DNA from: the human T2T-CHM13v2.0 reference genome, Homo sapiens
Reading direction: 5' to 3' (one strand)
Assembly: GCF_009914755.1 (NCBI RefSeq)
Contig: NC_060929.1
Length of the DNA: 64,000 nucleotides
The notes under the pieces are model-generated. The model made no database searches. It worked only from the letters and a program-made list of their open reading frames with translations, and was not told where the DNA came from. Of this stretch, positions 53,576 to 64,000 are shown one piece after another. How positions within the stretch are numbered: the first letter of the stretch is position 1; each line of letters starts with the position of its first letter. The translations under genes and the position numbers were made by a program.

Positions 53576-54685
53576 CTTCCTGCTAGTCAGTATTTGGCAA
53601 TTGGCGCAGAATTTACACATGAGTCAGGAGCCACCTAGGCATTCTGGATTTTGTCTGTTGCTCACTTTCTGTTCCTATACCTGAGGCTTCAGCCTGCTGT
53701 CCCCGTACCTTTCTGCCACACGAGGTTAGGGTTAGGGTCAGGAAGAATATATTGATACCTACATACCACCCTCTCCTCATACTGCCCCACCCTAATCTGG
53801 CCTCTTTCTATCCACATCCCTCTTTCTATTAACATCCAATCCCCTCAAGTGAAAGCATACAACTAGAAACTAAAATAGCAATTTTAACAGACACACTGGT
53901 GTATGTTTATTCTTCTTTACTCTGTGTTATTTTTTGCCCATTGTAGATTATATTTGCATTTTTTAGTTGTTAATTTAATTATCAGATATTTGAAATATAA
54001 AGACAATTTAGAAAATAAAATATATTCCCACCTTCTATTTTTAACAAATGTTAATATTTCCCCCTACTTGCTCAGATTGTTTTCTTTGGTGAAGAGATAA
54101 ATGTTACAGAGGTTGTCAATGCCTACCCCCATCCTGCCTCCAGCATCTTGATATTTGTTAAGGAAAATACTTCAGGAATATTGGCGTTTGCCTTGCCAAA
54201 AATGGCATTACTTAAGCACTGTATGAGACCTTAGGGATCATATACTCCAACTTCTTTTGACGACTAAGTGCTGGAGATTCTAGGAAGTAGGTAGGGTTCT
54301 GGGAATACAGCAGCGTTGGTCACCTAACAATGTTGGTTTTCCTATTACTGATTGACCTGCTGCTATGTCAGGAGTGTTTGCATGAGTGTTGGGCCGAGGG
54401 TACCATTCCCATTTGGATCTTTAGAGTTTGTCATATCTCTTGGCCCTGTTTACTCATTTTCCTTCCCACTGCAGCTGGGTAAATTCAAGCCCTCGTTAAC
54501 TCCAGATGATAGTAGTGGCTGCTCTGCAGGCCTTCCTGCCCCTCAGCTTAATACAGCTCTTATACATCACATACATCACACATCTGGGTGTCAGCAAGTC
54601 TCTTCTGAGCTCCCTGGTGTGCCCACCTCCATGTGAACTTCAGTAAGGGGGATACAAAGGGGGAAGAGATTCTGGTGTCTGATGT

Positions 54686-54975
54686 AATAACAATAATAAT
54701 AATAATAATAAAATAATAATAACAAAGATCTCTAACATTTATTGGTGGTTTACCATCTGACGGGAATTGTTCTGTAAACTTACATGAATTAATTCATTAA
54801 ATTCTCATAGCGTCTCTATGGCACAGGTACTATAATTATCCCTATTTTAGAGATGAAGACATTTAGGCTCTAAAAGAGTAAGTGACTTGCTCAAGTTTTC
54901 CCAGCTAGTATGTGGCAGAGCTAAAATTTGGACGTGGGCCATCTGGCTTCAAAGCCTGTGTTATTCACCACCATT
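54686..54975 (-). mobile_element. MIR SINE with (AAT)n tail
   Basis: ctaacatttatt...attatccctattttagagatgaag...aagtgacttgctcaag...gtggcagagc...tctggcttcaaagcc. Confidence 0.82.
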
Positions 54976-55594
54976 GTGGTCCTGTCTTTCAATGAAGCTG
55001 TTGATGACAATGAATGGGAGAGCAAGCCCATTTAGGGGCTCCCATTTTTGTTAGTTCTTAATGCATAGAGCACTCTGTCAGATTCTTCAATAGTCAGTGT
55101 TTTACATCTTTTGAATGAGTTCTGTTGGAAATGATTTTTGAAATCAAATTATCTGTGACACTGACATATTTCTCCATAGGAAAAATGTGATTGGTATTAC
55201 TCCTTAGTAGTTAAATTTCAAGAAAAATCCATAGTTTGTTTAAGCCATGATTCAACTGACTACCCCCATTTGCAATGAAATACAAGAAAAAGAGGAACGA
55301 TATCACATTATCAATAAAATGAGAAAGCTAAATGTTATTATATTTTAATCTGAAATGATTGTGCTTAAAGGAGGGAAGGATAAGGAAGCAGACATAAATG
55401 TTGGAGAAGATTTTAGATTTGTGAATATTTTCAAGGGCTTTGAAGATAGATGTCTATTTGATCTAATTTCACTTCAAATTTAAAAGATTTCCTTTTATTT
55501 GACATAATTGTACATGTAATAATTTTTTATACTTCTAGAGTTCCAAAACAACAAGAACTTTTAGTTGTTGTCGTTTACAAATATAACCAAGAGA

Positions 55595-55933
55595 GGCTGG
55601 GTACGGTGGCTCACGCCCGTAATTCCAGCACTTTAAGAGGCTGAGGCATGGATGGCTTGAGCCCAGGAGTTTGAGACCAGTCTGGGTAACATGGAGAAAC
55701 CCGATTGTTACAAAAAATACAAAAATTAGCCTGGTATGGTGGCATGTGCCTGTAGTCTCAGCTACCTGGGAGGCTAAAGTGGGAGGATCACCTGAGTCCA
55801 GGAAGTCAAGGCTGCAGTGAGTCACGATTGTACTACTGCACTCCAGGCTGGGTGACAGAGTAAGACCCTGTCTCAAAATAAAGTAAAATAAAATAAAATA
55901 AAATAAAATAAATAAAATAAAAAAATAAATAAA
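55595..55933 (+). mobile_element. AluJb-like, full length with (TAAAA)n tail
   Basis: ggctgggtacggtggctcacgcc...gcttgagcccaggag...gaggatcacctgag...ccctgtctc, with TSD ataaccaagaga. Confidence 0.94.
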
Positions 55934-58589
55934 ATAACCAAGAGAAGATGAGAGATTTTGCTGGAGTAATTAGAGAAGAGGTAGAAAGAAAAGGAGAAGG
56001 GGGAAAGGAATTATAGAGAATATAGACACTTGTTTTGTAAACAGATCTTTTAAGCTGTAATTAGCTTAAAAAATAGGAAAGGTAGAGTAGGTGGTGAGTG
56101 TATATGCCTTCCAAGTGGAAAAATGATTGTGAGGAAGAGATTTTCAGTAACACATTTCCTTCTGCCAGTTGATAGTAGCACCATTGACTAAACCAACATG
56201 GTGGATGGAAGGAGGAGAAAAGTGTGCAACCAGCTAGAGGAAGCAGATATTCCCAGAGAGGCATTTGCAATTTTACAAGTACTTTGCATTTCTCTGATGT
56301 AAAGTATGTTCTTTCAGGTTGGAAATGGATTAGGCATGCTTTTGAGAAAATGACATTAAAATTCTTTCATAGAATACAAAAGAGAATGTGTTAGATAATT
56401 ATTTTTTTCACTAGCAGAAATTTCCCTTCTCTTTTCTTTATTTTTCATGCCTCTGCTGAGGTGCCTCTGCAGGGCCTCTTCTTTTAAGTCTAGTTATTCC
56501 TGAGTTCTTATTATGAGGGATGTAAGGAGAATTGCAAGAGTGGTTTCAAATAATCTGCTGTTTATTGTGGCTGGGGAAAGCTTACCCAGTTATTTAGGTT
56601 CTGCTCTGTTCCTATTCCACCTTCCTTATCTTTTGCTTCTTTGTTTCATGACACAGTTAGTCACTGGGGTGGAAATACATCTTTTAGCTACCGTAACAGA
56701 AAACTTCCCTCCTTATTATCCATGGAGCTGGAGTTAAAACTCAACCTTGGCTGCAGAGAAGAGGAAGTCCTGGATTTGACATTGCTGAGGGAGTTAGAAA
56801 TGTTGCTATTTTTCAAAACATGTCACCAGGTCATTAATTAAACACTAAAACAAGTAACTTCAATCAGTTCGAGAGAACCCTTTCCCCCACAGCTCTCATT
56901 TTGGCCCATATACAATACACTTGATTTACATCTTATTGAAAACGTCTAAGGCTTCCAATCGTCAGTACTACAGATACTAACATAATTTTTTCCAGTTTGT
57001 GAAAGGAGAAAAAATGGACCTAAAAATATTTGATTATTTCCACTTTCATTGTCTAGCTAATGATAGCAGCATAATTATTGATTTAAGATACCTACTGATT
57101 TGAAGTGCTTGTGGCATAAAGCTTTTTAAGTTCTGGTTATGTGATTTGCTTTGAGGTTAGTCCTGGAAGCACTTTATTCTTAGGAGATGCTGGGATGGGC
57201 TCCTAAATGGGGACATCCATTCTGCAGAGAGTATAAAATCTGACTTGCCTGGAATTCTTGGAAGAGTGATAAATACCAGGGCATCTTACTTATTTTTTAC
57301 TTTCTACTTAGAACTGCAACTCTGAAATGTTCCAATGAAATTGTTCAGTTGCATCATGCAACTCAAGTCAGGGGATGCAAAGCTTTTTCTCTCGATTTCT
57401 GGATTTATAGGTCCCAAGTGAACTGAAACTGGTGATTTCTTTCTGCTGAATAGCAATTTGGAGATGGTGCGTTAGAAATTTTGTAAAGTAACATTTCAAA
57501 GAAGTTCCTTTGGCCCTTTTTCCTGGGATATAGTAAGCAGGAGGGAAAAACATGGCTAGCCTTTACAATTCTTTTACTGGATAAATATTAAAACACTCTA
57601 ATTTCACACTGATGTTTCTAAAAGTTTTTGTGCAAGAACCTTGAAAAACATTATATATGCATATACTTCATACCACTTCTTTTTTTTCGGTTTGAGATAG
57701 GATTAAACATGACCTTTAAATGCTTATTAGTAAAGTATATTTTACTAGTAAAAATAAAATTATTAAAGTGATTTTTTCCATTTCCATTTGTATATGCAAC
57801 CCCTTTAGTTGTAGAAATGCAAATTTTAGCTATCCATAAAAGAAAGTATTTTCTTTTTTTAAATTCCTTCAATAATATGTATTTAGTTGTAATTTACTAT
57901 TTTCCACTAAATGTTCCGTAAATTCTCACTGGAGAAGCCATTGCAAGAATGAGCCATGCACTGCAGAGACCCTTCATTATGGAGTTGTAGTGGATCGGGT
58001 GGGTGTGCATCCTCTTTAGATGGGGTATATCCTGTGGCAGGGACAATAAGATAAATTTTGGTGAATGGCTTAGTGGGGTCACACCTGGTTAGTAGCATCA
58101 CATTAATTTTCCCAAGGCAAACTAGAAAAAATGTGTAAGTCAAGTATAAATTAGCAGAGATGAAAGTGTTGCAGAGGAAAGAGCTATACATTCATATTCA
58201 GAATGATCCCTTCACCATGTGGCCTGGAAGTACCAGAATGATCTAACATCACTGAACCCGTTGTTCCAACTATAAAATGCAGGCAGTGGCCATTTGCTGT
58301 GGAAATTCAATGAGATTCTCTCTATATAAATGTTCTAGTCTCTAAGATCATGTACCATTGTAACATGCCTTATAACTTTGTCATGTCTTATGCTTTGGTC
58401 AAATGGATACCCATTTCTTTAACAGACTTCATTTAAAAAAATTAACTTGTAAAGGAACAATGGTAGATCAGTAGAATTTAGGTCTGAGATATGAAATGTA
58501 TTTGCAAGGACAAAACACAGCAGCTATCTTGGCTTGTACCCCACTGCCCTCTCTCTAGAGGGAAGTGTCAAGGAAAATTAGACCCAGAA

Positions 58590-59020
58590 GGATAAGGCTG
58601 AAGCTTGGCTGTGCCATTTATTAGCTGTGTGATGTGAGGCTAATTACTGGACTCCTCTGAAACTTTTTCCTCTTTTAGGTGTTGTAATAATCCTATCTCT
58701 TAGAGTTATATTCAGGATTGGCTAAGACACCAGCACACCTAATATATAATGCTCAGCAGATGAAAATAAACATGACTTACAAATAGGGCTTACTGTGTAT
58801 CAGGTATGGTTTTAAACACCTTAAAGGTATGAACTCTTTGATTTCTCACAGTATCCCAAGAGATTGACCAAATTTTAATCACCATTTTATAGGTGGAAAT
58901 ACTGATGAAAATAAGATTAATTAATTTGCTCGGTATCAGACATCAAATAAGTGGCAGAACCAGGCTTTAAATGCAGGGCAGACTGGTATTGGGGTATGTG
59001 TGCCTAACCATTACACCAAC
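58590..59020. mobile_element. Two MIRs, tail to tail (+ then -)
   Basis: Plus copy: ggctgtgccatttattagctgtgtga. Minus copy: accattttataggtggaaatactga...aataagtggcagaaccagg. Confidence 0.7.
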
Positions 59021-59398
59021 CTATCTCTCTAACCAGGAAGGATCTGTTCTATAAAGGAATCCAAGGCTTTGATTTTGATTCATGGAACATGTATGCCTTA
59101 GTTATATGCATGATACTTTAAATTCTGCAGAAACTTCTTGCAGAAACTTTCCTAAAATAATGACCTAGAATAACATAATTATTGTGTAGTAATAAACAAG
59201 ATACGATGGATTCACAGCATATACAGATTTTCAAATACTTAGATTCTTACATACACCACCTGAGAGAAGCAGTGTATTATTTGATTAGATTAACTACCAA
59301 TGCTATCCTTGTAATTGTATTAGCACATTCTTCAATGGTCTGTTTTCTTGGAGATTTCTTTAGTACCATGTAATTTAATGGTTTGCATCAAAAGTTAC

Positions 59399-59794
59399 TG
59401 CCCAAGACCATGGGAACCCACCTCTTGCATCAGCATGACCTGGATGTGAGACATGGAGTCAAAGGAGATCATTTTGGAGCTTTAAGATTTGACTGCCCCG
59501 CTGGATTTTGGGCTTGCATGGGGCCTGTAGCCTCCTTGTTTTGGACAACTTCTCCCATTCAGAGTGGCTATATTTACCCAATGCCTGTACCCACACTGTA
59601 TCTAGGAAGTAACTAACTTGCTTTTGATTTTACAGGCTGATAGGCAGAAGGAAGTTGCCTTTTCTCAGATGAGACTTTGGACTGTGGACATTTGAGTTAA
59701 CGCTGAAATGAGCTAAGACTTTGGGGGACTGTTGGAAAGACATGATTGGTTTTGAAATGTGAGGACATGAGATTTGGGAGGGACCAGGGCCGAA
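59399..59794 (+). mobile_element. THE1-int 3' internal segment
   Basis: gcccaagaccatgggaacccacctcttgcatcagcatgacctggatgtgagacatggagtcaaaggagatcattttgg...gagatttgggagggaccaggg (PPT region). Confidence 0.93.
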
Positions 59795-60135
59795 TAATAT
59801 GGTTTGGCTGTGTCCCCACCCAAGTCTCATCTTGAATTCCCACGTGTTGTGGGAGGGACCCAGTAGGAAGTAATTGAATCACAGATGCAGGTCTTTCCTG
59901 TGCTGTTCTTGTGATAGTGAATAAGACTCATGAGGTCCGATAGTTTTAAATAGGAGAGTTTTCCTTTGCAAGCTTTTTTTTCTGTCTGTCACCATGTAAG
60001 CGTGCCTTTCAACTTCCGCCATGATTGTGAGGCCTTCCCAGCCACATGAAACTTAAGTCCATTAAATCTCTTTCTTTTGTAAATTGCCCAGTCTTGGGTA
60101 TGTCTTTATCAGCAGCATGAAAACGAACTAATACA
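59795..60135 (+). mobile_element. THE1A 3' LTR
   Basis: atggtttggctgtgtccccaccc...ttgaattcccacgtgttgtgggaggg...taaattgcccagtc...tatgtctttatcagcagc...ctaataca. Confidence 0.92.
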
Positions 60136-60169
60136 GTTACTTCAGTAAGTGTTTTTGTACATCTGCAGA

Positions 60170-60355
60170 AGTAGGCTGGAGTTAGAAGACTTTATTAGTT
60201 TGTGACTTTGGACAAATCCCATAAATTCTCTGAGTCCTATTAGTATTCTAATCTGCAAAGCAGGAAATATCCTTCCTGTGTCTACAGTGAGAATCAGATG
60301 AGAACATTGATGTAAACATCTTCTGCAAACTCTCAAGTGCTATCTAAATGTTAAG
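60170..60355 (+). mobile_element. MIR fragment
   Basis: tagtttgtgactttggacaa...ttctctgag...tgtaaac...gtgctatctaaatgttaagg. Confidence 0.6.
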
Positions 60356-62619
60356 GATCCTTATTTAGTGTCAAGGGAGTTCCGGGATTTCATGTGATTG
60401 CTCATTTAAGTGCCTAGAGAGCTGGGATGTGAAATCTACATTTCTCAATTTAAAATCTTGGCCAGTCATCCAAGATATCACCCCCTTGGGAATCTATGGG
60501 GCTTAGACCACGTTGCTTAACTGATTCCCATGGGAGGTGTTGGCTTATCAGGAGAGATGGTTTCTATGAATCAGATAAGGGCTGGCGTAGTTGATCTCCA
60601 TGATCCCAACTCTGAGAATTTAGACTTTGAAAATTAAAACAGGGGAAGCTTTTCTGCAACTTTACTGAACCTGCAAATTAAAACTTAAAGGTTATTTAGT
60701 AATAGCAATTTATAGCAGAACATTTGCAAAGAAAACTAAACACAATCACCACCAGTGTTTTGAGTGAGCTCCAATTTTCCACAGGAAATGGAGAACTCTT
60801 TTTCATTTTAGCCGTAGGAGCTGGTATTGTTTATTTCCTCATCCATATGTTTTGTGTCTGGAAATGTTTCAAGATCCTCCAGCCCCAGCAGGTCATCTTC
60901 TCTCCTCCTTCTTGAAGTTCACTCATCTTCTCCTCTTCTCCTTACAGTTCCTACAGGTTCCCAACCATTCTCTTCCTCTTACTCAGTGTTCTTCACATTT
61001 TTCCTGCCCCCATCTCTCAGTCCTCCCTCCTTTTTCTCATGTGCTGAGTTTTAATTATGCACATCTAAAAGCATTGTGAATTAAAGTCAGTAGCTCTAGT
61101 TCTACTATCTTTTCCTCCAGCATCAAATGAGATGTACCTGGGGAATTGGAGGCAAGGGAGGAACAAATGAGCCTGTAATCAGAGACAAACCACTTTGGAG
61201 AGAGTAGACAACATTGTCTTTCAAACAAGGGCAGGCTGCCTGCTTTTGGCCTCCTTGGAGGAGCTCTGTCTACCAAGCCTTGTGCTTTTCGCGACAGCAG
61301 CCCTGGCTTCCCTGTCCCCAGACTTTCCTGGCTGTCCCCTGGCTGTCCTTCAGCCCCTCTCTGCTCCCTCTTTATGCCTTTCCGAACTCATCACAATTCT
61401 ACTGCCAGTTTCAGAATGATTCGTGATTTCTGTTTCCAAAATAGTAGTTCTAGAAAAGGATCTCCCTGGTGTCCTGGTCTCATTTTGCTGGGATGTTCAC
61501 TATCCTAAGCCAGAGAATGGGACAGGAAAAAAAGTTAAGATTTGTGCTAGCTCTTGTCCTGTTTCACTGACAGGTTGTCACTTTTTCTGAAGTTTCCAGG
61601 CCTGATGTGAACGTCGTGGTCTGAAGCATACATGTTCCCACTTGGTGACTCTGTTCATTTCACATTCAAAATAAGGCGAATGTGTGCTATTATTTACTTT
61701 ATAATGCTCTTGCTTTCAGCTAAAAATTACATTAATGATATTTGAAGAATTAAAATTCTTCATTTGGCCTCATCAAATTACTTTCTGTCATTGATGTCTT
61801 TGACTTTCCTTTGGATAATATTGTATTCGATTTTGTTGTAGTTAGAAAAGTTGTTTTTTGTTCTCAGATTTAAGTCTGCCTGTCCCCCTGTTTGCTATGT
61901 CATTCCTAATTATATCCACTTTCCCCTTACCGAGACCACCCATTATAATTTCTTCCTCTCTGGAGTGTTTAGAGCTTTTAAAATCTTGCACATCATAAAT
62001 GAAAAACTTTGCAAGTACAAATACTCAATGGAGAGTCAATACAGTATAAGGGTATGACAAATGAAACTGTGTTTTTGACATGACTGTTTGTTCTTATAAA
62101 TTCAAGTGATTCTTGACCCACTAGTGCTGCAGCCTAAACTAAGAAACCCCTTAAATATTTTAATACTGCCACATGTTGATTTCTATCACATTCTCTGTAG
62201 GACTTTGGTAACATTCATGACAGTCACAATGTGTTGCCTCTTTTACTTAAGCTCAAGAATTTATTCTCTGCCCACATTTTAGAAATGTAAAAGGCACTTT
62301 TACTGCTAATATTTAGGTTAAATTGTAGTATTTGATTTTTTGAAGCAAAGATCTTGGCATGTATATTTTTCAGATTGTAATTTGTTCAGATGTAGTAGGA
62401 TGGGTATATAACTTTATTAATGAAGAAAGTTAATAAAAGCAGATTGGCAGAACCAGAGAAGATACAGCAGGTAGAGAATACTAAAGCCCCAAGTTTACAT
62501 AAAATGTAAATACATCTGTTTGAGTACCTCAGTGTGGCCTTACCATTAGTTCTGTCAATAAACATTCCAAACTTACTGGGTTTTACAAACATTTCTTAGC
62601 ACTACAGCTTCATCTGAAA

Positions 62620-62860
62620 AATAATAATAAATTATAGTTTCTAAAATGCCTACTGCATACCCGACACTATATTAAACACCTACACATGTTACCACATTTT
62701 ATCCTTAGGACAACTTGGTGCCATAGATATTATTATTGTCATCTTAAAAAATATATATCTAGGGCTGTGGTTAGAGAAATTAGGTAACTTGCCAAGTTAT
62801 ATGGCAGTTTAAGCCAGAGTTTGAGTGCATTTCCTTCAGGCTAGAGACCTTGTCCTCAAG
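62620..62860 (-). mobile_element. MIR SINE
   Basis: atgcctactg...ttttatcctt...tattattattgtcat...ttaggtaacttgccaag...agccagagtttgag. Confidence 0.65.
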
Positions 62861-64000
62861 TATGTTGTTAATTTGGAGGAAAACTCATCTTTGAAGAAGC
62901 TGAGAGCCTCTCACAAAGGGTACCATGTTAACCTGTGGAAAGTGGACTTCTTTTCCTTGTTTCCTTCCTTGTCAGAGCCCATTGACCTGACAAGAGAGAG
63001 ATAGAAGATCCTTTCCAAAGGTATCTTAAATATCTTAAATACATATCTTTTTCTTGAGCACACTGGAGTTTACCACTCTTCTCTCTCTTTTGTAAAGATA
63101 GAGTCTTAAATGATTAAACTGTAGTGTATTTCCCAATCAGATTTCCCTTCTGGTTGAGGAGGAAAGTAAAAGACCAGCATTAGTCTCCAGTTTTGGAGCA
63201 GTTAGTTTGAGATACATGAGAGTGGTAAGAGTGACCATATAGACAAAAAGTGGTGAAACAATAGCAGTATTTCAACATTCTGTTTATTTCAACACTTGAG
63301 GCTTAAGGAAAGCCCAAGATTTTGGTCAAGTACTCTACTTTTGTTGTTAGTTGAGGAGCTGCAGTGTGGAATAATTCTGAAAGGCCAGATGTTTGTTTGT
63401 TCTAGAAAAATTTGAACATTATGTTTGATTCTCGTATAGATGTTACGGGAATACTAGGATAAAGTCTGGTGGCACTGAAGAATAGTGGAATCTTTATGTG
63501 GGAAAGAAATCGAGAGAATTATTGAGGTCAGATTGACTAACAATTTCAGATTGATTCAGGTCAGGGCCATAATTATCCATTTGGTTGACTATAGCATAAA
63601 GATCCACATTAGGAAACTTTTTCTGGTTAATTGTCTAATGTTGTTTCATTCTGTCCTTGGTAAATACAGTGTGAGGTTACTTATATGCTGGCAAAGAAAT
63701 ATGTTTTACTTGCAAAAATTATGATGATTTACATATTTTAAAAATGGGCCTGGGAAATGATTTGCAAAACCATGGGAGAATAAACTGATGCATTGTTATG
63801 TTATTTGCCATACACAGAAAAAAAATTGTATTGCTTTGCCTTCTTTTAATGTAAGATACAATCATTTTCTAACATAGAAACAGTTGAGCCTTATTTTATT
63901 TCTTTGAAAAGTATAATTGAGAGCATTAACAAACCATGAACTCAAAATGTGGAAAAAAATTCTTACTGGTAAATATCATGTCAAAACCTTTGGGCTCTTA

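Noticed and set aside
53724-53742. ggttagggttagggtcagg telomere-like / G4-like motif
   Set aside because: Only two perfect TTAGGG units, which is too short to call an interstitial telomere.
59383-59616. 77-aa ORF (LPKTMGTHLLHQHDLDVRHGVKGDHFGALRF)
   Set aside because: A remnant of the THE1-int ORF, not a host gene.

Overview
This is AT-rich, CpG-depleted primate genomic DNA. AluY, AluS and AluJ elements plus THE1/MST LTRs point to a human or ape genome, and the window is intronic or intergenic. I find no credible protein-coding exon, tRNA, rRNA, CRISPR array or CpG island. The supplied ORFs are either chance ORFs or read-throughs of Alu, L1, LTR and simple repeats. A large part of the window is interspersed repeats: Alus, L1MA/MD/ME pieces, L2, MIR, MaLR/ERV LTRs and MER DNA transposons. 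Family calls come from recalled consensus sequences, so subfamily names are tentative. I see no evidence of a novel multi-gene system. The most notable signals are fossil DNA-repair or template-switch scars: (1) a gapless 202-bp copy of an Alu/MLT1A0 junction (37707-37908) placed 4.1 kb downstream (41811-42012); (2) a ~110-bp unique sequence (13734-13848) copied into an L1 (12624-12731); (3) a direct-plus-inverted repeat scar at ~26150-26250; (4) a THE1A element that lacks its 5' LTR but keeps a perfect 5-bp TSD; (5) a heavily nested L1MA carrying an antisense L1MA 3' end inside its own 3' UTR.
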